Assembly (NCBI GenBank): GCA_965207885.1
Contig: OZ242311.1
Location: 4,576,001-4,640,000 of the forward strand
Length of the DNA stretch: 64,000 nt
Direction: 5' to 3'
From: Candidatus Latescibacterota bacterium
GTDB lineage: Bacteria > Latescibacterota > UBA2968
The position numbers were made by a program, and so were the translations under genes. Positions 1-9,177 of this stretch are shown one piece after another (the stretch's first letter is position 1; each line of letters starts with the position of its first letter). The notes beneath the pieces are model-generated. The model did no database searches. It saw nothing but the letters and a program-made list of their open reading frames with translations, and was not told where the DNA came from.

Positions 1-343
1 GCAATGCAATGGTTTCGGGTGTCAACACGATGGTCATTCGCGCGGTGGTGTTTGTCGAGATTTTTATTTCTTTTTGTATGGGATGATATCCTACCAGACG
101 CGCTATTAGGACGTAATCACCAGCCTGCACATTGTTGAAAGAAAACCGCCCTGTCGATGAGCTCACAGTTCCCAATGATGTATTTGCAATGGTGATATTC
201 ACATTGGGTAGCGGCGTTCTTTCAGATGTTTGCACCACGCCTTGAATCCGACCCGTTTCATTTTTTGCCGCAACGGCATTGCATTGCCAGATCAGGAAGA
301 GGAGCAATCCTATCCATTTCATTCCATCCAGTACGTATCTCAT
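1..343 (-). CDS. TonB-dependent receptor, N-terminal part (signal peptide + carboxypeptidase-regulatory-like domain); runs off window
   Basis: Not in ORF track. Manual translation MRYVLDGMKWIGLLLFLIWQCNAVAAKKNETGRIQGVVQ...PLPNVNITIANTSLGTVSSSTGRFSFNNVQAGDYVLIARLVGY matches the N-termini of the two complete receptors in this window; GAGG SD upstream. Confidence 0.8.
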   Translation of the reverse strand, partial: MRYVLDGMKWIGLLLFLIWQCNAVAAKNETGRIQGVVQTSERTPLPNVNITIANTSLGTVSSSTGRFSFNNVQAGDYVLIARLVGYHPIQKEIKISTNTTARMTIVLTPETIAL

Positions 344-386
344 AAAAGCCTCTTTTCCAGATATTGCTGCTGGAAACAGTATTGGT

Positions 387-827
387 TTAGTTGAGATGAA
401 TATGTTGCGGGTTATAATGTATTTGAGGCAAGGGTGGTAGTATTGTATCTGAGAGGTTATCGCATTCTTTTGGAAAGTCGTCGCATTCTTTTTGTGAGGG
501 CAAAATGCCTGCGATCTCGCAGTCTTCGATAAATTCCAGGCGTTCCTGGGCGCTGGCGAGGCTGTCGCTCATAAGGCAAAATTCATCTGTGGGAAGCACC
601 AGTGTTGTCGATCCATAATTGACCGTAATATGCGATGCCTCAATCGTGCCCTGTTCGACTTGACTGTGTATTGCAAATATTGATTGGCACAATTTTGCGA
701 AGCAAGTGAGGCACATGCAGATATTGACATAGCCGTAAAAGAGGCAAATGTGGTCTTCTTTGTAGCGATAAACACAGATTGGGTGTGTGCCTTCGGTGTT
801 GTTTGCCAGAATTTGTGAATTGTCCAT
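387..827 (-). CDS. Cys/His-rich hypothetical protein with internal duplication (may extend to TTG at 1016)
   Basis: ATG at 827 with GGAGGA SD; 146 aa, 10 Cys; co-oriented in the iron operon. Confidence 0.6.
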   Translation of the reverse strand: MDNSQILANNTEGTHPICVYRYKEDHICLFYGYVNICMCLTCFAKLCQSIFAIHSQVEQGTIEASHITVNYGSTTLVLPTDEFCLMSDSLASAQERLEFIEDCEIAGILPSQKECDDFPKECDNLSDTILPPLPQIHYNPQHIHLN

Positions 828-1012
828 TGAGTGTTCCTCCAAATAGTTTGTGATTTGGTTATGGTTGGATGGGGTGGGCGATCTTTTTTTGCACTCGCTG
901 CCCAAATTGTGCGCCAGAATGAGTGCCATCAAGAGTGTCCAGATGAAAACGCCAGAGGGGATGCACAGCAACACGGATGCCCCACTGCTCACGAGAATGA
1001 GCGTTTTGGTTG

Positions 1013-2674
1013 TCAAGTCACAGGCTCCTCTTTGACTCTGGACGAAGGCCACATTGCACTGCGCCACAACAAATAGAACCAACCGATGATGGCCCCGAAA
1101 GTGAGGGCCGCGAAAATTGCGATAGTAGCCCAGACGCCCGTTGGTGTATCGGGCAGAGAAGATACAACTGGTGGGCCGGGTATCGCGCCTGGCCCATCAA
1201 ATACGGTTTTGTAAGTGGTATTGTCCCACATAGTGATTTGCAATTGAAGTGGAGTATTGGGTTTTGTGGTGAGGGTGGCCGTTGGTGCAGATGCCATTCC
1301 TTTCAAATTGACGGATTCGCCCTCCAATTCGCCTATAGAAACTCCTTTGTAATTTGGAAAACCTTTGCCCAAAAACTTTGCGGTGAGTCGCATGCCTTCT
1401 GATGGATTGCAAGGAACTGCACAGGTCATTTTTATTTGATAGGGGCCAACGGGTTGCTCCGCGATGACAAATGGCGGGGCGATTTGTGTGCCGTAATTGT
1501 AAATGCCTTCAATTGTGGAGAATACCGCGACAATAAAATATGCCAGTGTGAGAATGAAGGACACGGTTGCACCGCGCAGCCACGGAAATGCTTGCGAGGG
1601 AATAGATTTCTTGCGCACTACCCATAGGTACGTACCTGCTAAAATTGAAAACGACAGCACCAATCCAAAAATGCACCAGATGATTTTGGTTGCGAGACCG
1701 CCGAAATAGCCAAAGTGAAGGGGATCTACCAGATCTGTAATGAAAGGTATGGCTGCGAGGTCTGCGCTGTGTTGTATGGCAATAACTTCGCCGCTAAATG
1801 GATGCAACAGTATTTTGTTGGCTCGGTCTCTGACGAGTGGATTGCCCGCTTGTCCGTCCAAATAGACCGGTGCGCCAATACGAGTTGGCAGGCGCAGGGA
1901 CCGGATTGTTAGTCCGGGAAACGCCGCCTGGGCGCGTTTTGCGTATTCGTTGGGCGCGTGCAACGCGGGCTGTGGACCGTAATTGTCGAGTGATGTTTTA
2001 TCGACCTGAGGAAGAGGCGGTGGTAGCAGTGCTTTGTAGTTGTCTGCGGCTTGAAAACACACTTCAACAAAGTAGAACACGCCTGTAGCCGCACTCAGGA
2101 AGACGAATATGAGCACCCATATTCCCGTGGTTTTGTGCAGGTCTGACCAGAGCCTGCGCGGCCCTCTATCTGCGCGTAGTGAGAACAATTGTTTGAGCCA
2201 GCCTTTGTAAAAAAAGAATCCAGATAGACTTGATACGAGCAATGTAAATGCGGTGAGCGTGACGAGGACGATGCCTCGCGTGCCGTCGAAAAAACGCCGG
2301 TGAAAAGTGCGAAAAAAACGCTGCACATTAAAAAAACTGGTATGGCCTTTCAGCACGCCGGTATATGGATCGAGATAGACTTTTCGCGTTTGTCCGTTTA
2401 GGGATACATACGCCAGGGCAGCAAAACCATTGCCTTCGGGTGCATAAATGCCCGACGCGATTCCGTCGGGAAACTCATCGCCCAATGTTTTGTACATCGC
2501 ACTCCAATCATAAGGCGCGTTGCGGGTTTCGACGCGCATTGCGGGATTGAACAACCAGTCTATTTCATGGGATAGAGTGGCAAATGATCCGGAAAAGCAG
2601 ACCACAAAAAGCAGCAAGCCAGTGTTTAGCCCCAACCAGCCGTGTAGGCGAAAAAGTATCTTGCGCCAATTCAT
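1013..2674 (-). CDS. PepSY-associated TM helix protein (PiuB-like) with extra C-terminal region
   Basis: LHGWLG, FHRRF, DLHKTTG and PLHFGYFGG His-bearing TM motifs; follows a TonB receptor. Confidence 0.9.
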   Translation of the reverse strand: MNWRKILFRLHGWLGLNTGLLLFVVCFSGSFATLSHEIDWLFNPAMRVETRNAPYDWSAMYKTLGDEFPDGIASGIYAPEGNGFAALAYVSLNGQTRKVYLDPYTGVLKGHTSFFNVQRFFRTFHRRFFDGTRGIVLVTLTAFTLLVSSLSGFFFYKGWLKQLFSLRADRGPRRLWSDLHKTTGIWVLIFVFLSAATGVFYFVEVCFQAADNYKALLPPPLPQVDKTSLDNYGPQPALHAPNEYAKRAQAAFPGLTIRSLRLPTRIGAPVYLDGQAGNPLVRDRANKILLHPFSGEVIAIQHSADLAAIPFITDLVDPLHFGYFGGLATKIIWCIFGLVLSFSILAGTYLWVVRKKSIPSQAFPWLRGATVSFILTLAYFIVAVFSTIEGIYNYGTQIAPPFVIAEQPVGPYQIKMTCAVPCNPSEGMRLTAKFLGKGFPNYKGVSIGELEGESVNLKGMASAPTATLTTKPNTPLQLQITMWDNTTYKTVFDGPGAIPGPPVVSSLPDTPTGVWATIAIFAALTFGAIIGWFYLLWRSAMWPSSRVKEEPVT

Positions 2675-2722
2675 TTTGCCGTTCTATCCCGTTAGATGCC
2701 GTGTTGTTCAGGCCTTCTTTAA

Positions 2723-5113
2723 TCAAAATTGATAGCGGACGGTCGTGTCAAAGCTTCTGGGCGTGCCTCTAAACCCACCGATGCGACCGCCATAACCGCC
2801 TGGGAAATATTCTTTCCCTGTGAGGTTGTGCAAATTGACGGCGATTTTGAATCGGTCGTAGCGAATGAATATGCCACCGTTGACGACAAAGTAAGAAGGC
2901 AGGTTGTCGTCTGTTTGGAACGTCGTGCGCTCGCTGAGATAACTGCCGCCCAGGGCGAAACCGATTTGAGAAGCTGGAGAAAGTGGCATATCATAGCGAG
3001 ACCAGAATCCGATGGTGTTTTTTGGGTTATTTGGGTTCTTTTTTCCGACATTGTCCGGGTTGGTGTCTTTGGTAATTTCGGCTTTGAGGCTGCGCGCAAA
3101 ACTGCCGTGTACACTCCAGCGGTCGGTGATAATACCGGCCATGTCAAGTTCGAAACCCTGGCTTTGAATTTCGCCGACCTGAACTCTGCGATCTGGCATG
3201 TCTTCGGGCGGGTTTGGATCTCTGAGAATGACATTTTCTTTGGTGATGTGATAAAGCGCGAGGGTGGTATTAAAACGGTTGTCTAAGAATGACGATTTCG
3301 CGCCACCTTCTATTGTCCAGCTGTTTTCAGGATCAAAGGGGCCGCCATATCGGTCGGGGTCAAATGTGTAGCTGGAACGGACGGGTTCAAATCCCTGGCT
3401 ATAACTCAGATAGGTCGAGATTGACGGGATGAGCTTGAACACAGCACCGCCGCGCAAAGACCACTGAGAATCGCTGGCCCGGTTGTTCGATCCTTCTTCG
3501 GCTTTGTCTTCGAATGAGTCGTAGCGGGCACCTATCAGCACGTTGAGCTTATTACCGAGGGCGATCTGGTCTTGAAGATAAAAACCGAAGGCCGAGATGC
3601 GGTTGTTGAGGCGCGTGGTCAATTGGGAAATGCCCCGCGGAATATCTGCCCCGTAATAGGAATATTTGAGTGGGTTGTTTGCTTGCGCGAAAACGGGATT
3701 AAAGATATTGATATTGGGCACCGGCCCGCCCCGGCTGGCGTCTCGAGCGGTTGCAAAGCGGTAAAGACCTTCTGTGAGGGTGTATTCCACGCCCGAGAGT
3801 ACCGTGTGGTTGATTGATGCGGCGTTGATATCGTAGATCAAATTTGCGTTGACGGCTCGCTGCTGTTTTTCGCGATACTGATCTCGGAATTCGCGCAGCA
3901 TGGTTTCGCCGTCGGCGAGCAGGCCGCGGGGTTCGTGATATTCTTGCCGCCGTTGGTTGGTCAGGTAACTGGCCGAAACGTCAAATTTGAGGTGGTCTGA
4001 AAAGCGGTGGTCTGCGCGGAGGCGATAGACATAGGCTTCAATGCTGATAAAATCATCGGGTTCGTTGACGGTGTAGCTAAGTGGAAGCTCGACGAGTTCG
4101 TGGTTGAAAAAGGGGACGCCTCTATTGCGATGGCCTTTATTGAGTTCGTCAAACCATTCGCCGTTTATTGAAATAGATGTGCGGTCTGTAGGCAGCCATA
4201 TGAAACCGCCGTTGAAGGACGAGTAAATGAATTGTTCGTGTTGGCGGTATCCATCATCATTGGCATGGTTGACGTTGATTTTGTAGAGCAGTTTACCAAA
4301 ACCAGGGGTTACGGGTACAGGTCCTGTTGAAGAGAAGTTTGCCTGAGATTTTGAATAGGATCCGAGCGTAAGCTTGAGTTCGTTTTTTTGTCGCGCACTT
4401 GGTTGTTTGGTAATGACGTTAATAAATCCACCGGGTCGCGATTGCCCATAGAGCGCGCCAGCAGGACCTTTGACCACTTCGACGCGTTCTACGTCGTCTA
4501 AGCGCATTCGGTTGAAGAAGCCGTGTACCTGATTGAGACCGTTTTGCTTGACCGCGCCGTCTCCTGTGGTGCGAAAGCCGCGCATGTTAAAGTCGAGGTA
4601 TTCGCTGAAGGGATTGACACCACTGACGTTTTGCAGCACGTCAGTGAGATAGGTCAGCCCCTGGTCTTCGACGAGATCGCCATTGATGATTTGGACGGAC
4701 TGGGGCAAGTCGCGCAAAGCGGTGTTGGTGCGCGTTGCAGTGGTGCGGTCTGAGGCATACCCTTCTTCGACAACTGTGATTTCATTGAGGATGTATGGCG
4801 TGTCTTCAATGAGGGTGATTGCGATTTTGGGGACTTGCTTTGGGGTGACAGATATGGTTTGTTCAATGGTTTTATAACCGAGATAACTCGCGATCAAGAC
4901 ATGGTCTCCGTGCGGCACATTGGGAATCACAAAATACCCCTGGTTATCTGCCACAGCACCCAGGCGCGTGTTTTTGAGCACAATGCTCGCACCGGGAAGT
5001 GGATTATTTTTTTGATCTAAAACTTGTCCGCGAATAGTATTTGTTTGTGCGAGGACCGGTGTTGAATAGATCGCGAAAACAACGAGCAATAGTAACCGAT
5101 AAAAATTTGACAT
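2723..5113 (-). CDS. TonB-dependent siderophore receptor
   Basis: Start MSNFYRLL with GGAG SD; plug motifs PQSVQII and ERVEVVKGPAGALYG; C-terminal RYQF. Confidence 0.93.
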   Translation of the reverse strand: MSNFYRLLLLVVFAIYSTPVLAQTNTIRGQVLDQKNNPLPGASIVLKNTRLGAVADNQGYFVIPNVPHGDHVLIASYLGYKTIEQTISVTPKQVPKIAITLIEDTPYILNEITVVEEGYASDRTTATRTNTALRDLPQSVQIINGDLVEDQGLTYLTDVLQNVSGVNPFSEYLDFNMRGFRTTGDGAVKQNGLNQVHGFFNRMRLDDVERVEVVKGPAGALYGQSRPGGFINVITKQPSARQKNELKLTLGSYSKSQANFSSTGPVPVTPGFGKLLYKINVNHANDDGYRQHEQFIYSSFNGGFIWLPTDRTSISINGEWFDELNKGHRNRGVPFFNHELVELPLSYTVNEPDDFISIEAYVYRLRADHRFSDHLKFDVSASYLTNQRRQEYHEPRGLLADGETMLREFRDQYREKQQRAVNANLIYDINAASINHTVLSGVEYTLTEGLYRFATARDASRGGPVPNINIFNPVFAQANNPLKYSYYGADIPRGISQLTTRLNNRISAFGFYLQDQIALGNKLNVLIGARYDSFEDKAEEGSNNRASDSQWSLRGGAVFKLIPSISTYLSYSQGFEPVRSSYTFDPDRYGGPFDPENSWTIEGGAKSSFLDNRFNTTLALYHITKENVILRDPNPPEDMPDRRVQVGEIQSQGFELDMAGIITDRWSVHGSFARSLKAEITKDTNPDNVGKKNPNNPKNTIGFWSRYDMPLSPASQIGFALGGSYLSERTTFQTDDNLPSYFVVNGGIFIRYDRFKIAVNLHNLTGKEYFPGGYGGRIGGFRGTPRSFDTTVRYQF

Positions 5114-5182
5114 GTTGATTCTCCGCATTGATGAGATATTGGGGTTGAGAATTTTAAAAATCTGTACAACTCCATTTTCTTT

Positions 5183-5300
5183 TTGCATCTATGGTGCATA
5201 AATTTTATGTTTAAAACATGCTGCGCCTCCTTTGGGGTGTGGCTCTCTGCCATCGGTTTTCTGCTTTGACGGGCGATAACCGGTGGCATTTTTGTTTTTT
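5183..5300 (+). ncRNA. Candidate cis-antisense sRNA with own promoter and terminator in the TBDR leader
   Basis: TTGCAT-17-TATGTT (5183-5211); GU-rich hairpin 5221-5242; stem 5248-5258/5278-5288 followed by U-tract. The pairing works only on the + strand. Confidence 0.55.
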
Positions 5301-5310
5301 GTGCAGAACG

Positions 5311-6705
5311 CTACAATGATTGCAGAAAAGCGAGCAATGCGTCGCGGTCTGTTTTGGACAAGTTTCGCACGGCTTCGCGCGATTGTTCGGCTTCGCCGCC
5401 GTGAAACATAATGGCTTCGAGCAAGGTTCTGGCTCTGCCATCGTGTAAGAAGGCCGGAACACCGCTGACGGTTTCCGTGAGTCCAATGCCCCACAGTGGG
5501 GGCGTTTTCCACTCGCGGCCATCGGCTTCGTAGTCCGGACGATTATCGGCGAGGGCTTCGCCCATGTCGTGGAGCAACAAATCGGTGTAGGGGTGAATGG
5601 TTTGATTCGATAGTGACGAGATGCTGTGGTTGCCTGTTTTAAATGTGGTTGTATGGCAATTGGCGCAACCGGTTGATTCAAAGAGCGCTTCGCCTCGCAA
5701 TGCCTGTGGATCATCCCACAGACGCCGCGCGGGCACGGCAAGGGTTTGTAAGTAAAATGTGGTGACGTCCAGTATTTCCTCTGAGATTTCCGGATCGTCG
5801 TTGCGGCCATCGTGCTGGGGTTGTCCGGCTACGGATTCCTGAGGGAAATAGGGGTTGGTAACGCCCATGTCCTCGTTGTACGCGCCGGCAGTTTGTTGCA
5901 AAAGATCGGGGTTGTTGGCTTTCAGGCCAAAACGCCCCAGTTCTCTTTGGCCTGTTCGAAAATTGTACACGTAATTGGGGCGGCCCGATATGCCGTCTCG
6001 ATTGGCATCTCCGGGATCTGATAGGGCGAGGATATCGGACTCGGGGATGGCTTCCAGGAGGCCACGTCCAAATACGGGCGGGGCCATGCGTGCGGACAGG
6101 AGTACACCCGCGGGCAGTGGTTGATATGCGTCAACAATGGTGTAGATGGGGTGTTTTAAGTAAACCTGTTCGCCATCGGATAGGGTTTCCGTTGTTTCAT
6201 AAAAGCTGACTTGAACACGAGCTTCGAGTTTGACGCCATAATTTGAGCGGTCGCCGAGCTGTCCGCCAAAGCCCGGAACGGGTACAGGACCGCCGTGCGG
6301 GGTGAATCCGGGCAGGCTGACGCGCATGAGCATGGAGCCGACAAAGGGTGGTTCAGCGCCAAATGCACCGCGTCCCCGTCCGTCGCGCAGATGACATCCC
6401 ACGCAAGAGGTGTGGCTAAATACGGGACCCAATCCGGGGTTGACGTCTGCAGGATCCGTGACAAAGATCTGTTCAAAGGCGAAATCACCCGCAAAAAATT
6501 TGTCGAGTTCGTCGGGCGAGAGTGTTGGTATGGGCATTTCAAAAGCCTGGCTGGATGCGTCGAAGACGGTTGCCGCCTCCCCGCCAGATAGGGCACTGTC
6601 AGGCGAAGGAACGATATCATCGGGACCAGCAGGCTTGTCGCTGCCACAGGCCCAAAAGAACAGGATTGCGGCTATGATGTATAAAATATGGCGATCTGTT
6701 TTCAT
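5311..6705 (-). CDS. Di-heme oxidoreductase (DHOR) family lipoprotein
   Basis: Two CxxCH motifs (CVGCH, CANCH), GRFGLKA, TPPLWGIG, FLHDGRAR; lipobox FWAC; next to imelysin. Confidence 0.92.
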   Translation of the reverse strand: MKTDRHILYIIAAILFFWACGSDKPAGPDDIVPSPDSALSGGEAATVFDASSQAFEMPIPTLSPDELDKFFAGDFAFEQIFVTDPADVNPGLGPVFSHTSCVGCHLRDGRGRGAFGAEPPFVGSMLMRVSLPGFTPHGGPVPVPGFGGQLGDRSNYGVKLEARVQVSFYETTETLSDGEQVYLKHPIYTIVDAYQPLPAGVLLSARMAPPVFGRGLLEAIPESDILALSDPGDANRDGISGRPNYVYNFRTGQRELGRFGLKANNPDLLQQTAGAYNEDMGVTNPYFPQESVAGQPQHDGRNDDPEISEEILDVTTFYLQTLAVPARRLWDDPQALRGEALFESTGCANCHTTTFKTGNHSISSLSNQTIHPYTDLLLHDMGEALADNRPDYEADGREWKTPPLWGIGLTETVSGVPAFLHDGRARTLLEAIMFHGGEAEQSREAVRNLSKTDRDALLAFLQSL

Positions 6706-6767
6706 AACTCACTAAAGACACGAAACAGTGTACAATTGGTCGTTTCTCGGGACTGTTCACGACACAA

Positions 6768-6822
6768 AAAATAGCCTGTCCAACCCCACCCACCTCAGGA
6801 TGGTGGAGTTGGACAGTGTGGG
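6768..6822 (-). terminator. Intrinsic terminator/hairpin after imelysin gene
   Basis: Minus strand ctgtccaactccacc...ggtggggttggacag then gctatttttt. Confidence 0.6.
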
Positions 6823-6828
6823 GTCTGG

Positions 6829-7899
6829 CTACTGTTCTGCCCGTACCAGATCCATAACATCCCCTTCGAGCGTTTGTTGCAAAGTTGCAATGGCCTGTTG
6901 CGCCGCTGTTATTTGCGCGGCGTCGGAGGCGAGGGCATCGCGGAATGGGAAGGAGATTTTGCCAATTTCTGTAATGGTCGCCTGAATTTCCGCTTTGACA
7001 CGCTGGTCAAGGGCGGAGTCTTTGCTTTTGATAAATTCATCGAGGCCCATTGCTTCAACATTGTACCCCCCTTCATAAACATTTCGAATGCTGCGCATGT
7101 TGTCTTGAAAATCGAGGAGGGAGTTAAAGCTGAATTGCGATTCCACCAGGCGTGTGTCTTGCTCGGTAAAGGGATCGGCAATTTTGCCGTTTCCAACTTC
7201 GTCGGCAATGCCGACCATGCCGTTGACCATTTCCTGGACAGCGGCTTTTTGCGTGGTGTAGGCACTGCTTCCCGCGCCGGCATTTGCCACTTCTGCGCGG
7301 AAGTTTTCGCCGGATGCGATCCAACTCGTGTGCAAGTCTGTTGCCGCGTCTTCGAGCAATTCTGTTGCTGCGATCAAATAATCGTATTGGCGCGGGGTGA
7401 AGTCGTCGATGGTTTTGCTGCCGCCTTCGTCAAAGAGCAAAAATTCAATGGTGTGAAATCCCTTGAGTTCGTTGGCGAGGTTGTTTACAGATGTTTTGGT
7501 CAGGGGATCGCTGCTGCCCAGGACGGCTTCGAGGTCCGTGCGGTTGACGGGCCAGGAATCCAGCGCGGGGTCATAGCCGCTGAAATCAACGGGTCCAAAC
7601 AAAAAACCCTCGCTTTGTTCCCAGGGCGTACGCGCGGCCACCCATTTTGCTCGGGCTGTTCCCAGTGTAGCTGCCGAGGGCGCATTTTTGAGATTCGTCA
7701 CCGCGGTGAGGAGGTCTGTGGAGACGTCGGCAAGGTGTTTGTAGGTCGGGATAACTGTTTTGTCGGCAAAGTCGGTCAAGATGGGTGAAAAATCGTATCC
7801 AGGTTCTGGTTCTGGCGCGACCGGATTTTCGCCCTTGCTGCTGCAGGCCGTGAGGGAAAAGATGAGGATAATACCGAGTAAGGGTTTAATGCATTTCAT
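6829..7899 (-). CDS. Imelysin-like iron-regulated lipoprotein (IrpA/LruB type)
   Basis: Lipobox LTAC; WEQSEGFLFGP, DSWP, GFHTIE (GxHxxE) and ESQFS motifs. Confidence 0.92.
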   Translation of the reverse strand: MKCIKPLLGIILIFSLTACSSKGENPVAPEPEPGYDFSPILTDFADKTVIPTYKHLADVSTDLLTAVTNLKNAPSAATLGTARAKWVAARTPWEQSEGFLFGPVDFSGYDPALDSWPVNRTDLEAVLGSSDPLTKTSVNNLANELKGFHTIEFLLFDEGGSKTIDDFTPRQYDYLIAATELLEDAATDLHTSWIASGENFRAEVANAGAGSSAYTTQKAAVQEMVNGMVGIADEVGNGKIADPFTEQDTRLVESQFSFNSLLDFQDNMRSIRNVYEGGYNVEAMGLDEFIKSKDSALDQRVKAEIQATITEIGKISFPFRDALASDAAQITAAQQAIATLQQTLEGDVMDLVRAEQ

Positions 7900-7919
7900 G
7901 GTGATTCTCCTTTAAAAAG

Positions 7920-9161
7920 TTAGAATTGAAAACCGAGTGCAAAACTGGCGGTGTTTTCGCCATTGAAGTTGCCCGTGCCCACCCGGCGCATGGCATAGTC
8001 GCCTTTCAGGACGACGGCGTTGCCCATGGTGTAGTTGATGCCGAGCGTGTAAACGCGGCGTTGGAAACGCGGGTTGTCAAAAAAATTTTGTGGCATTTCG
8101 GCCATTGTGTCATAGCTATCAAATCGAAAGAACAGATGGCATTGATCCTCCTTATGCGAGGTGAAAAAGGGCATGATGTCGTAACCGGCTTCGGCGTAAA
8201 ACGCATACGCGGCACTGGCGACGGGCGTTCTCAAGACGTCGAGGTTGTTGGACAATGTGCGGTTGCGCTCGCTGACAATATCCGCATTTTGCAGGTTTCC
8301 GTAGAGGTACATGCCCTGTGCGCGGAAGCGGTTGTATCGCAGCACAGCGTGAATGTCAAAAATGGATACGTAGGCGTCCGTATCTTTCATGTCGGGTTTG
8401 GGGCGGTTGTCGGCACTGTTGCCGCGATAGCCCGATACGCCAAAGGTGAGGCCATCGACGAGGTGGTAGTCCAACCGACCCACAAGGGCCATGTTGGTTG
8501 CGCGGACTTCTTCAAAGCGCGTTTGATGCCCGCCCACTATCCAGTTTTGCGAATCGAAGCCCGTGGCGTCTAAGCCGTTGACGAGTTGGAGTTGATAGGT
8601 CAGGCGATTGGTGTGACCACTGATTTCAATACCGGTTTCGTGCCATATTGCCGGAATAACCGCGGTTTCCGATTCGGGGCGGCGGGTGCCAAAAAAGTCC
8701 GTGGGATGGTATTGCTCTGTGGTGAGACCCACCGCGACGTAGAAGTGGCCCAGGCGGATGTTGAAGGCGTCGCTAAATTCGCGTTTGATGTAGAGTTCTT
8801 CGAGGATGACTTCTCCACCTTTTTCCACTTCTGTTTCGTATTCGCCAAATTCCTCGTATTCGATTTCGAGGGCACCGCCCGTACCGCCGTGTTCGATTTC
8901 CACTTCGGTTTCCAGTTCGACACCGCGCAGCAGACGCAGTTCCATTTCGAGTGCCAAACGCGCAATATCTATGGTGGCGCGGCTATCTGGCGGCGAACCC
9001 GCTGGGCCGCTCTTCTGGTCGGGACCGTAATTGAAGTGGGAGTAGATGAGTTCACCGTATCCCGTGAATTTAATTTTGGGCGCTGACTTCTGGTCTTCGG
9101 CTATGATGCTTATGGGCAACGCGAGCGTTAGATAGATGCTAAATAAAAAAAGTCGGTTCAT
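7920..9161 (-). CDS. Outer-membrane beta-barrel porin (OprO/OprP-like)
   Basis: Signal peptide, EVEIEHGG motif, amphipathic strands, C-terminal F. Confidence 0.8.
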   Translation of the reverse strand: MNRLFLFSIYLTLALPISIIAEDQKSAPKIKFTGYGELIYSHFNYGPDQKSGPAGSPPDSRATIDIARLALEMELRLLRGVELETEVEIEHGGTGGALEIEYEEFGEYETEVEKGGEVILEELYIKREFSDAFNIRLGHFYVAVGLTTEQYHPTDFFGTRRPESETAVIPAIWHETGIEISGHTNRLTYQLQLVNGLDATGFDSQNWIVGGHQTRFEEVRATNMALVGRLDYHLVDGLTFGVSGYRGNSADNRPKPDMKDTDAYVSIFDIHAVLRYNRFRAQGMYLYGNLQNADIVSERNRTLSNNLDVLRTPVASAAYAFYAEAGYDIMPFFTSHKEDQCHLFFRFDSYDTMAEMPQNFFDNPRFQRRVYTLGINYTMGNAVVLKGDYAMRRVGTGNFNGENTASFALGFQF

Positions 9162-9177
9162 AAACCTCCCCTGAGCT

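Noticed and set aside
6874-7788. Long antisense ORFs (also 21046-22065, 24100-25026, 31067-31858, 45086-45910 and others)
   Set aside because: Shadow frames opposite well-supported genes.
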